64,000 nt of DNA from Blasia pusilla (taxonomy: Eukaryota), in the NCBI GenBank assembly GCA_050084515.1, contig CM114271.1:32116001-32180000 (forward strand). The letters are read 5' to 3'. The notes below the pieces were generated by a model. The model did no database searches. It saw only the letters and a program-made list of their open reading frames with translations, and was not told the origin of the DNA. A program made the position numbers and the translations under genes. This document shows, piece by piece, positions 22,429 through 34,768 of this stretch. Numbering within the stretch: the stretch's first letter is position 1; the number at the start of each line of letters is the position of its first letter.

Positions 22429-25400
22429 TCATCCATGTCGTCACGTCCACGAGTTGGACCATTGCCTACAGGGTCTGTACAGGCATTGGCTGGGGGCGAG
22501 ACGAGGAGAGATAGGCACCCATGGACTTCCTGGGACGTCGTTCGAGCAGAGAGTGCGAAGGCGGCTAGAGTAGCACATGTTCATTTTTTGGATGTGGAGC
22601 ATGCTGTAGGAGGTTAGAGTGGAGTGGCTGTTGCGGAGGTGGCTAGGATTGCTACATAGCAACAAAAGCCGGAGGTTGCGTCCTCTCCGAGTGAGGTCAC
22701 GATGGAGACTTGGGAGCCTGTGATAGGTCTCAAGTTGATAGGAGGAGAGCGACGGCGAGTTCATAGGTTTCTGAGAGGGCATGTCAGTTGTTTTGCCTTC
22801 AGTATGAGAGACTTGGGTACGCTGAAGGGTCCCGGGATACGGATTGAGTTGGCTAGTGATACGCCGATCTTTCGTCGACCCTACAGGTATTCTGATATGG
22901 AGCGAGCCTTGATTCAGAGCAGGAGTCAGGACTTGTTGGAGGCAGGACTTGTGGAGTTATCACATGGGGAGTATGCATCTGCCACAGTCATGCCGGCGAA
23001 GAAGGATATGTATGGCAATTGGACGGATAGGCGGATGTGTGGAGATTACCGTCCTATCAACCGACAGACGAGGTCAGATCGGTATGCCATGCCTACTCCT
23101 GAGGAGATCTTTGATGCGGTAGGGCATGCAAAGATCTTCAGTACTTTAGATCTCCGTGCTGGCTATCATCAGCTTCCTATCAGGTTGGAGGACAGGGAGA
23201 AGACAACATTCTGGGGGATAAATTGGTTCGGGAGAGATTTCTTGTATCAGTAGCGGTTCTTACCATTTGGGTTGAAGAACGCGCCTGCGGAGTTTCAGAG
23301 AGTGATGGATAGGATTCTGGCTGGCTTGGATTTTGTACGATGTTACATAGATGATATTCTTATCTTCAGTTCCACGGTTGAGGAGCATGAGCGACACTTG
23401 GAGGAGGTGTTTCGGCGATTGCAGTTACATGGACTGAAGTTACATCCAGGCAAGTGCAGATTCTTTCAGGAGCAGATTGAGTACTTGGGACACACCATAT
23501 ACCCGAGTGGGTTAGGCGTTCAGCAGACAAAGGTAGAGGCTATTGCGCAGATTCCACACCCTACAGATGTGAGTCGAGTCCGAGCATTTCTTGGACTGGA
23601 AAACTTCTATCGACGGCATGTCAAGGGTTTTAGTGCGATCGCAAAGTCTTCGACCTTGTTGACGAGACTTGATCAGGTGTGGTTGTGGGGAGATGATCAG
23701 GAGCGAGCATTTCAGGAGCTCAAGGACAGGTTGACGTCCTCACCCATTTTAGAGAGACCGGTTAGGGGTCGCCCATTCCAGTTACATACGGATTGGAGCA
23801 TGTTGGGTCTAGGAGCAGTGCTTACTCAGAGGGATGACGAGGAGAGGGAGTTTTTGTGGCTTACGCGAGCCGATCGAACAACATTGCAGAGGCGAAGTAC
23901 AACTCCTACGAGGGAGAGTGCTTGGCTGCAGTGTGGGCCGTGGCACATTTTAGGTGCTATTTATTTGGCAACCCTTTCACACTTATCACTGATCATCAGC
24001 CGTTGAGGTGGTTGATGGAGTCCGACAAGCTTACGAGAAAGCTTGCCAGGTGGGCTCTATTACTACAAGAGTATGAGTTTGAGGTGTGTAATGTCTAAGT
24101 GTTTCTTATTTACAGTCAATTGTAGAGTTCGATCCCCAGAAGGATCATTGTTGGATGAAAAGAGAGTATAAAGTGATGATTATGTTGTAAAAGTGTAATT
24201 GATTATGTAATTCAAATGTAATATTCCAGTAACATCTTCCGATCCCTTTTTAGTACCTATGTTTTCTTCTTCAATTCTCTCGAGTGGAGTTTAAAGTACG
24301 CTCAGGTAATTTGTTCTCTCGACATCTCGGAACCTCACAGAGACCTCAAGAATAAAGTTGGCTTCTCCTACTTTCGGAACTCAATCCGTCGGGGCAGGTT
24401 ACTCTCTGTCAAACAGATTTCATACAACTTTATGTTGATTATTCCATTGATGAGAAAGGTTAGCCTGATTCACTCTTCACTCGGCAGACCCAAAAAGAAT
24501 ATTCAGACATAAGCATCGCACATCAGAATGAATGAATGAATGCTTTACTACTCCATCAAGAATTGGAAGACTTCAAAGTATATACAAGCTCGAGAGGGTA
24601 CAACTCTCTTGCTCGGACCATTCCTACAGCATAAGGACGTCATGAGCGAATGATCATCATAGCTTCTGTCCTGTTTCTTAAATATTCTCGAGAGTAGGAG
24701 CGTTTCTATGATCCGAAGCGTTCTTGATGAAGTTGGTGTCTCTTCAATATCTGTAACTACCTAGATCTATGGTTCTCTTAGCTTTTCCTACGATCCCTAT
24801 GAATCCGCGGTACAAAACTGTTCTAACTACCAATTTGATACAAAGGGTCGCGCCCTTTCCTAGTCTAATTGTTTAAACTATGTGTCGGTTCGAATCACAA
24901 TCATGCTGAGCTTCGCTGCGCTAAATTTCCGGAGGACGAAGTTCTTCACTCTTCTTCGTGCTTCGTGCTTCGCTCTTCGCTCTTCGTGCTTCGTGCTTCG
25001 TGCTTCGGTCAAGAGCGAGGTACTTCGTATATAGAGCTTCGTTGAGCTTCGTTAGACTTTGTTAAGCTTCGCTGAGCCTCGCTTTGATCCTTTATACTTC
25101 TTTACAGCTTTTGATTCTCCTCTAAGGCAAATCCTTGATCTTCCATCTCTCTGCCTTGTCTTAGGAGCTTGGTGATTCACTTATTCTTTTTCATAATAAT
25201 AAATAATCATAATCAAAATCATAATATACAAGAGTCTTCGTTGAATAAAAAGATATATTCTTCAAGATTACAAAATTGTAGGTATCACAAGGTGGTTCAT
25301 AGGCCAAGTCGGCTGAACCAGGATGCGGATGGGTTGAGTCATAACCCATGTCCGAGTCAGAGAGACGTCACGGGAGCTCGATGGCACGGAGAGAGTGATG

Positions 25401-26986
25401 AGGAGATGGTGCCCGGTTGGCATGCATCTGCCTATCTTTGTTGGTTGAGTATGGCAGGTCAGCCACAGGTGATGACTCCAGTGGTGGGATTGGATGATGA
25501 GTCTTTGGATCCGGAGGTTAGTGAGGAGGCGACAGGTGATCGTGATATCCATGACGACGTGGAGGTTGTGGAGTTCTTGCGCACTGGCGTCATTGCGAGT
25601 ATAGTGAGTGCTAGGGAGCGGGATCGGATCCTACAGAGAGCCAAGAGTTTGAGGTGGGAGGGGACTCACATTTTGCCGGTATGGGGAGATGGTAGGATAC
25701 GAGTGGTACCTCATCCTTCCCAGCGAGCACATGTAGTGCGACATGCCCATGAGGAGTTGGGACATTTCGGAGTAAAGCGTACTTACAACTTACTCCAGGT
25801 TCAGTATTGGTGGCGCGGCATGCATACTGGGGTACAGCAATTTGTGGCCAGATGTATGGTATGTGACAGAGTGCGAGCATCCTTCAATGCTCCCACTCCG
25901 CAGTTACATCCTTTGCCGATTATGGGTTTAGGTTATCGGTGGAGTTTAGACTTTGCGAGACCTTTGCCATTGACAAGGCGTCATCATAGGTACGTGTTGG
26001 TCATGGTGGAGGATTTATCCAAGTGGATAGAGTTGGTGGCACTACCAGACAAGGCGAGCGAGGGAACAGCTTATGTGTTTCTAGATCGTATGCTTAGTCA
26101 CTTTGGTGCACCGGCAGAGGTGTTGACTGACCAGGGTACCGAGTTCAAGGAAGAGTTCCAGGCCTTGTGTGATCAGGCGCTAATAGATCATCGCACCACG
26201 TCCAGGGATCATCCTGAGGCGGATGGATTGGCGGAGAGAGTGGTACAGACGGTGAAGAGAGGATTGCGCAAGTATGGCTTACAGCGGGGATAGTTGAGGG
26301 AGTGGGACCTACAGTTGCCATGGTTGGCTATGGGTTATCGCTTTAGTCGGCAGGCATCCTTGGCGTCATTTTCACCGTACTTTTTGCTCTTTGGGAGAGA
26401 GCCTGATTTACTTGCAGCAATTCAACGTGACATGGCGGAGGTGTTAGATCTTGATGATCCAGATGTGTGGGTGCAAGCATGTTCTCAGAGGGCAGAAGTT
26501 TTTCGTAGAGTTATGCCTATGGCCTTTGAGAACTTAGCTATTGCCCAGCATAGAGATACATTGAGGTACGCGACCATTCGTGGAGGAGGTTATCGTCCAG
26601 GGATTAGGAGGTTTCATCCTGGAGATTACGTGTATTTACAGCAGGCGGCACCTACAACGCTAGATGTCACTGCAGGGCGCACGATCCTACGTGTGCGCGA
26701 GGTATTACCGACCGGAGTTCTCATGTTGGAGGGACGGGATGGTATGGTTTGGAAGGATCATGTGCGCAATTGTGCGCCATGTCATCTTCCGAACATAGAT
26801 GGGACGGTGGATCCGAGCTTGGCAGTGGTACCTGCAGGCTTGAGGTGTATGTTGTGCGGATCTGCGAGGGGTGCAGCCACCATGTTGGTATGTGATGGTT
26901 GTTTTCGAGGGTGGCATATGTCATGTCTGACCCCCCCTCTTGATGTGGTTCCCACGGGACGATGGATGTGTCCGAGATGTGTATAG
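22429..26986 (+). pseudogene. PHD-Gypsy pol: RT, RNase H, integrase, C-terminal PHD finger (stops at 23251 and 26291, frameshift near 23855, solo-LTR insertion)
   Basis: RMCGDYRPIN; LDLRAGYHQ; CYIDDILIFS; LHTDWS; YEGECLA; HEELGHFG..CMVC; SLDF, TDQGTEF, DGLAER; PHD C4HC3 CMLC..LVCDGC..WHMSC..WMCPRC. Confidence 0.92.
24087..25289. mobile_element. Solo LTR (~1.2 kb) of an unrelated LTR family
   Basis: TGT...ACA ends with imperfect inverted termini; 5-bp TSD aggtg at 24082-24086 and 25290-25294; removal restores the host frame EFEV|VHR. Confidence 0.88.
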
Positions 26987-27062
26987 GGTAGTAGGTCATG
27001 TTAGAGAGATGTGATATTTTCTATCTGGAGTTAGGGGAATCCAACTGCCAGCTAGGGGGGCG

Positions 27063-27821
27063 GTTGTGTGATCTCCATGTATATGTATGAGTTGATTTTT
27101 GTACATGTTTGGATCGACCCGTGTGTGGGGAAGATCGGTGTTGTGTGGTGTAGATGTGACGAGCGATGAATGTTGTGTAGCGATATGTATCGCCACATAC
27201 AATTTGTCACATCTGGGTAGCCGATAGGTCGACATCTATCGTGGATAGGGCGTAGGAGCTAGCGGACTATCTTGAGTGTAACTTTGTCCCACAGTGTCGG
27301 ATGAGGTTGAGGATAGGTCCATTGTGTCAGGAACGTTGTTTCTGACGAATTTCATGTTGAGGTCTTTTACAGCCGGGTGACTTGTTGACCAGGTCACCTG
27401 CCCCTGGTAACCTGTGCGCGTAGGTTACCAAGGGAAGGGCTATTTTTAGGGGAAGAGCCTTTTGGCTCTTCCCAACCTATATAAGAGAGGAAGATGGCTT
27501 TCCTGAGCCATCTTTCTCATGTTGGGCCGTTGGAGCAACTCCCTTGTATGTGTGTGAGCTAGGACTAGGGTGCTAGCGTCCGGATTCCTTGATAGCACAG
27601 GGTGGACGAGGCTCGATATGCCGATGTAGATTGAGGAGTGGAGTTTTAGGCCGGATGTGCCTTTTTTACTACTCTTTATTTTTGTTGTGTGATCTCCATG
27701 TATATGTATGAGTTGATTTTTGTACATGTGTGGATCGACCCGTGTGTGGGGAAGATCGGTGTTGAGTGGTGTAGATGTGACGAGCGATGTATGTTGTGTA
27801 GCGATATGTATGCGCACGACA
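27063..27821 (+). repeat. 3' terminal repeats of the PHD-Gypsy arranged B1 (27063-27190), A2 (27205-27683), B2 (27684-27821)
   Basis: Direct sequence comparison; a polypurine tract agggggg-cgg immediately precedes B1. Confidence 0.85.
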
Positions 27822-29010
27822 CAGTATCACGTTGAGTTTGATCAAGAAACTTAACTAGAATGGCACGAGGTTGTGTTCCCGTTTCCCCAATACGGAAAGC
27901 TTGAGCCAAGCTCGGTTGTGAACATGAAGTGTATCAACCAAGACTTGGTGACAACACTCTTCATCTCTTTGCTCTTTGTATCCTACAAACCTGAGATTCT
28001 CACATTCTTTCTATGGGAAAATTGGTTTTCCTTTTCTATCTCTTGCTCTTGACAGAAAGAGATATAAGCAACCTTTGTAGCTTCAACATAAGATTTCATT
28101 TTCACTTCTAAAGTTTCAACAACCTCATGCAATCGTGAACCATTGGGAGTAGTCGCTTATGATGATGCCTCCTCTTGAACATCCGCAATAGATTTGAAAA
28201 GATCCAACATCACGCTAGAGCTATCTTTCAACACTTTCTTCAAAACCTCTTGCGTTGCGTTTAACTGGATTTGAATATGTGCAAGGTTCAATTCAGAAGT
28301 TTGTACCTTGAATTCTTGTCGAAGCTCTTTCAATTCATGCAAGACCACTTACACTAGATTCAAGATTTCGTCTTGAGAAGTCATCATGTAGTCAACTTCA
28401 CTTCATCCCAAATATTGCGCGATCTTGAATCAAGTATTACCGAATCTCCAACACCACACAACTTGTGCTCTAGAAGTTGGTTGTACTTGAAATTGACAAA
28501 ACTAGGGAGCCTCTTGATATTCCACGTTTTCTGAAAATTTCACTTTCATGTGATATTCTTTATGAAAGATATGGCCTCTGCAAGTTTCAGATCTGAAATC
28601 CTCAAATCTAGAAGAGTAGAAACTCAAATCTCTCACAACTTTGTTTGTGTAGCTTGGATGTGCTTGAGATTTTCAGGGCTAGGGCACCTCCTTACACGCC
28701 ACATTTTCTCAAAATATCAGCTTCATATGACACTCCAATTGAAAGATATGGCCTCTGTAAGATTCAGATGTGGAACCTCAAATCTCGAAGAGTAGAGACT
28801 CAAATCTCTCACAACTTTGTCTATGCTACTTGGTTGTAATTGCAATTTTTAGAGCTAAGGACCCTTGTTACACTCCACGTGTTCTAGAAATTTCAGCATC
28901 ATAAGACATTGTACTTGAAAGATAAGGCCTCCGCAAGATTCAGATCTGAGATCCTCAAATCTAGAAGAGTAGAAACTCAAATCTCTCAAAACTTCATCTT
29001 TGTAACTCAA
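27822..29010 (-). mobile_element. Host LINE 5' part: ORF1 N-terminus, 5' UTR and ~3 x 177-bp monomers (28520-29010)
   Basis: VLHELKELRQEFKVQTSELN.. and AQAFRIGETGTQPRAILVKF match ORF1 at 42006-42758. Confidence 0.88.
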
Positions 29011-30281
29011 GCTAGTGAAGGTGTCAAGCTTGGAGACTTTGTCATCAAAACTCTATTGTATGTACATGATATCATATTACTAGCACGTGATGGCATTAGT
29101 TTACAAAAACACTTCGACACTTTGGCAAGATTTTGTACCCAAAATCAGATGGAGGTTAATATGGAGAAGTCTAAAGTCATTATAGTAGGTACTAGATCCA
29201 AGTTCTCATTCTTTTACAAAGGTCTATAATTAGAACAAGTGAAGAGTTACAAATATCTAGGCATTGATTTCTCTCATGACTATAGTTGGGCACTTTGCGT
29301 GCAAAAGAAAGTAGAAGTTGGTTACAAAGCTCTATATTCATTTTTAAATCGGTGTGGAAGAGCTCATCTTGTGTCTTGGGGTCTTAAGAAGTTCTTATTT
29401 AGGAGCTTAGTATTGCGGATGGTTTGGGGCCCTAGTTATAAGAAGACAAGTTGGGAGCGCGTGGAGAGGGTGCAAAAGATCTTTCTACAAGAAGAGTTGG
29501 GTGTAAGAAACCAAACTCCTTATGTTTTTCTTTGTGGAAACAAGTGATCTTCCTCTAGAGGTTGAAGCACTTTACTTGACCATCACTTATATCGCAAGGG
29601 TGAGATCTCTTGATGTTTCTCGCCTCCCTCATCAAGCTTTGCGAGCCACACATTCCATAGGGTGGATTGCGGATGTGGTGACTTGGTCTTCAAAGTGGAA
29701 TGTGGCGGAACGGGATTGGGACTTAAAATCGATGGCACTCCGCGAGCATCTACACAAGCAATTTCTCAACTTCATTTGGAGCAGCGCAGGCACAAAAATG
29801 GAGTTTTATCAACTTCGTGTTAATCCTATGTTTGTATATTGTGAACAAGGATACCTTCTTGCGGGGATCTCTACGTTCTTACGTCATATTATCGCACGGC
29901 ATAGAAATGGGTCTCATAGGGTAGGAATTGAAGAAGGACGATGGCTTCATACTGATAGAAGTGAACAAATTTATAGGATATGTGATGGAGAAAGTATCGA
30001 GGATGAAGAGCATGTGTTTGTTACATGTTCAAGGTATTAAAAGATTATACTAGCTCATAAAATAGATGTGGAGAATTTCTATTCTTTACTATAGCTAGTG
30101 CCTTATGATTTAGATTGTTATATTAGGGATGTCATTATTCATCGCTCAAGTGCTTCTAGGAAAAAGCTAGGAGAAGGTCTTTAGGATCTTTTTCCGCATC
30201 AGTGAATGAATGACTTGTAATGTGTTTTTTAGCCTTTTGACCCTTTGGGTCCCACGGACTTGATCTATTTACCATTTACCA
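29011..30281 (+). mobile_element. LINE 3' portion (RT C-terminus, C-terminal Cys/His motif, 3' UTR, TTTACCA tail)
   Basis: LLYVHDIILL; YKYLGIDF; GSHRVGIEEGRW..EDEEHVFVTC; tail atttaccatttacc. Confidence 0.9.
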
Positions 30282-31330
30282 TGTCCATGCCTATCTACTC
30301 AACGCGCACTTGCAATTGGAGTCAACTGTTTTATCGACTTATTGGAGATGTTCTTAAATATCAAAGCAAAGGCAAAGTCTTTCTAGTTGGGGATTTCAAT
30401 GCTTGCACAGGTACTGCTCAATTTACCCAATTCAATGATTCCTTGACTGCTCCTCATCTCGAAGAACGAGAGGATGGTTTGTGTTCTAGAATCTCTTCAG
30501 ATCTTTCTACAAATCCTTTGACAGAGCATTTTTTAACTTTCGCAGCCACTTGTAATTTGAAAGTTCATAATGGAACCTCTCATTTTCCCAACTCTCACTC
30601 CAATACATGTTTCTCCTCTACCGGTGCTAGCACCATCGACTATTTTCTCTCCTCGCCCATTAATAGCTCTCATATCTCTACATTTGAGATTTTAGACCCT
30701 CAGCTTGATTGAGATCATGCACCTCTTTTGTTTACTCTTTTAGTGTCAAAGGCAATTCCTCTCTCTACATGTGAATATAATTTAGCTTCTAAGAAGTTTC
30801 GCTTAGATCCTCGTAAAAAAAATCTTCACAGGCTAGATTTATAAGAACTCTTGACTCGCATCATATGGAGCTCTAATCCTGAGACGGAAAGCTTGCAACT
30901 AATCGAACTGCTGAAGAACACTACATCCAAGTTCTTTTCCCGGTACAAGGATAAAAGTGCTAAGAGGTTGCCTTGTAATGGGTGGTTTGACTCTAAATGC
31001 AAGCAAGCAAGGTTAAGATCAGTGGACAAATCTTTGGATATCCAAAGTCGGCTTATCATGACGCGCCTTTACAAACACTTGGTGAAATCCAAGAAACGAG
31101 CTTTCTTGCAGCGGAAGAAAGATTCCTTAACAAGGGAACTCCATGACGATCCTAAATCTTTGTGGAGACGGTTAGTGGTACGGTCTTCAAAACCTACTCT
31201 TGATTCAAAGTCTTTGATATCTTTTGTTGAAAAGCTCTACTTCTTTCCCCATGCTACATCTATGTCGCGTTGTGGAGGCATACCATGCTTATTCTCTGAA
31301 GCAAATGTGATGACTCAACTAAGAAGATGT
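30282..31330 (+). pseudogene. LINE ORF2 fragment (endonuclease to linker)
   Basis: VFLVGDFNA..STIDYFL..; homologous to 43130-44620. Confidence 0.88.
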
Positions 31331-32559
31331 GTCAAATGGTGTGAAGATCGATAGTAGTTGTTATGTGGAATTTATGGTGATATGCATGTGCATAACACTT
31401 GGAAAAGGAAATAATTGTTTCTTTTTTGCTATGTCAATAAAGTAAAATATATATAATGATAAGGGCTAATCCAGAAAAGGACATATATAGTGACAATATT
31501 GAGGCTTACTAACTCAACTCCAATTGTATCATGATCATCAATCTCTTTCATGTGAAGTTATTTTACGGAATCAATGACCCTCCTTCTCACATTTGGATTT
31601 CAACATGGATTTGTGAACTCAAAATTTGTTTAATGACGACGAGTTTTAGTGATAGAATAGATGAAATAGGCAACGCATGAATCAAATTTGATGATAGTTC
31701 AACATAATCATCCAAGTAATGACCACGGTCAATTATAGAACAATTGAAATCTAGTATGCCATGACTTGAAGTGAGGATTTAATTACAATCATGTGTCTAT
31801 TGTTGTCTAGTTGCCTACTTCCTATGATGGCAAAAAAGACTAGCAAATTAGTATATTGGGGTTCTCCTCTTTTCACTCAACTGATATGTTGCTCGTGCAA
31901 TGTACACGTGATTGAGTTTCCTCAATAGAAGGACCTTAAAAAAAGGTGTGCTCTATCCATATCTATTTCTATCCATCTTATATGGCTCAAACAACAAAAT
32001 TGAACATGTTGTTTATTTTGTCCTATTATCTCACTATCTTATTGTATTATGCATATGGGGTCGCTAATTATTATATAGAAAATTAAATGTTGCTTGATTT
32101 TTTGAACATTGTTTAAGCAACTAGACATTTCTATCTTTCTACTTTGAACATTATACTAGAGGGTTGAATGGAGCTTTTGGATGCACTCATATTCCAATCG
32201 ACCTCTGCTTGTTTGGTTGTGGTTGAATCTATCTAAGTGTAGTGCAATGGTGGCACCAAACACTAGATACATCTACCCAACAACGTGTATCTTATTTCTT
32301 TCATTGCTTGAAGTCACCATATGCATAATCACAATATTAATTATGCCTGACCTTTGGAGATATCAAATTGAATGAATCTGTAATTCCTAGATATGGATTG
32401 AGAGCATTTGGATGCTAACCTGGATGTCTTTTTTGTGGATGCCCATTTGCCTCGGCTAATTGTTTTATTATGAAATAACTGAGTGGTTACTTTCTTCCTA
32501 TTGCAATTTTTTGGATCCTATATTTTAGTGTGATCTTCACTCTAATTCAAGCATATTGG

Positions 32560-32945
32560 TTAATGATTTGACGAAGTGAAACGCAAGAGGGATGATGTCC
32601 TTGATTGCTCCTCCACACTTCTCAATCTCATTCTTATAGACACATCCCATGAAAAAGATCCTAGTTAAAACCATCTCCCTCGTTTATATATATCCTTGGG
32701 AGGAACCAAAAGAACTCTTTCCCCAAAAATAGCCCAAAATGGTAACTTTTCGTGCATCGCTTACCAGACAACTATTGACTCCATAAAAGGATCACCTGAC
32801 CTAATATAACAATCCTCACACAACATAGCTATTGACAACCTCACCCAACCACTCATGACGAAGTTATGCCAAAATAACATGTTGACTCTTTACATCATCG
32901 ACATGGTAGAAATCTACTTGTGACCTGGCTAGGATATAAGACACA
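32560..32945 (-). mobile_element. Old diverged remnant related to PHD-Gypsy repeat A
   Basis: ccatgaaaaagat..gggaggaaccaaaagaactctttccccaaaaatagccc resembles the reverse complement of 27437-27525. Confidence 0.4.
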
Positions 32946-33788
32946 TGCATTAGTAAATGGACACCAAATCTAGTGGTCCATGGGTATGAAACTCCACTCA
33001 GAATTCACATGATGAACTCACCATGGGATTTAAAATCATCGGCAGATATTAATGCCAACTCAACGTCTCCAAAAACTTTATACTATTATGTAAAATCTTT
33101 TTGGAATCTTCTTCATACAAACTCCATTAAAATCAACATATTTTCCAATCTTGTCTATTTTTCAAGCCACTTCCAATCATGTACTAAGAATCCAAGAATT
33201 CATGTAAAAAAACCTCAATTTGCCAAATATCTTTTCCACTCTACTTGATTACCCTCATGTCCAAATTCAACCCCATATCCAATAAACATAAATCAGAAAC
33301 AAAGTAGCCACGCATCTGCTAATTGTCCCGAAATAGATTAGAGAGAGAACATTCTACGATTATGACTTACATTGAAATGCAAAAGTCAAAAGAATCAATT
33401 GTCATACTTGTTCAACTTCGTGTCTCCATTTGGACTAAAATTTGCATTGAATGCATTTCCACACTTCACCGTATTTGCTTCAAATTGGAATCTAGATCGC
33501 ACTCCGCCATTGAGAGAGAACTTTTGTAAGGTTTTGATTTGAACTCTCAAATTTTTCAAGAGTAAAATAATCTTGGATGGAAAATGAACGAATGTACCAA
33601 ATAATTTAAATGGAAAGCTTTCCCCCTTCCAAAATAGACCTCCGATCTCTTATACAACAAGAATTATAGTATAAGTCTAAATTAGAGTGAGAACGACAAT
33701 TCTGTAAACTTCCCATCTGCCGAACTTCCTATCACATTTATGTCCATGTGATATCTATTTTGGAAGCGAGAGGTCAAGTAGAGTGATA

Positions 33789-33835
33789 TGAGTTTGATTT
33801 GCTTACTGCGCCCAAAAGTAAGCAAATCAAACTCA
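33789..33835. repeat. Perfect 19-bp inverted repeat (hairpin, 9-nt loop)
   Basis: tgagtttgatttgcttact-gcgcccaaa-agtaagcaaatcaaactca. Confidence 0.85.
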
Positions 33836-34768
33836 ATGCTAATCCGAGACTCATGGGAGACAGATTTTTGAGGATGTGATAGCCGACGCTAAATTAAAAT
33901 CAGGGCATTTCCAGCAACAACAGCCGTTTCAAATGCAAATCGCATGAGATGATGGGTTAACCTTAAACCTTCATGTGAGCAGAGAAAACTATGCTCTGAT
34001 TTAACCCACATGCGGTTAACATTATTGCATGAATGTGCAATACCCTTATTGCGTTGCAAACTTTCGATAGTCATTTCTAAAAAGATCAGACGTGAACTAG
34101 CTTCACTTTTCTAGCTTTCGTGTATTTGGGTTTTCACCCTAAATTAAAATCAGAGCCTAGCAGCAACAAAAGGCTCTATCTTTCAGAAACAAATCACCCG
34201 AGTCATGTGGAGATGAAACACACCTTGATGTAGGCAGAGAAAGCTCCGCTTCCATTTAACTCGAATGCCATTAACTCCATTACATTAATTTTGACAACCC
34301 ATAAAACATTGCAAATTTTCTCAGTAGTCCTTTCCAATAAGATAGGACACTCACTAACTAGGCTCACTTCTCTAGCTTTGGCCAAAAACATCTTTCTACA
34401 AGAGCATGGACTCTAGACGAGACATTCAGTTCCGTCCGCAAAAATTGAATTTAACGAGCACCACGGTAATCAAAAATTTCTGCCGCTATTAACTGCTACT
34501 TTACAATACACATGTACCCCACCGCATTCTTTATCACATTGTGTTCCACAAGGAAATGTGGAGGGGGGAGAAGAGGTGAAATGTTCTATTACAACTCAAT
34601 TAGTGCAGTGCCCGTAAATGTACCACGAAAAAAACTTTTCAGTAGACTATGTTCACCATCCGGGACACAGCTCAGTGTTCTTATAAAGCCACCTCCCAAA
34701 ATCTATCTGGTACACTCTTCGCGGATCAGACTCACCCAAGGTAATCGAGAATCATTTTCAGAAGCTGT

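Larger units (their letters stand above)
14769..27821 (+). mobile_element. PHD-finger Ty3/Gypsy LTR retrotransposon with internal deletion and nested insertions
   Basis: TGTC...GACA ends; 4-bp TSD cagt at 14765-14768 and 27822-27825 within LINE ORF1; repeat A at 14769-15219 recurs at 27205-27683. Confidence 0.85.
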
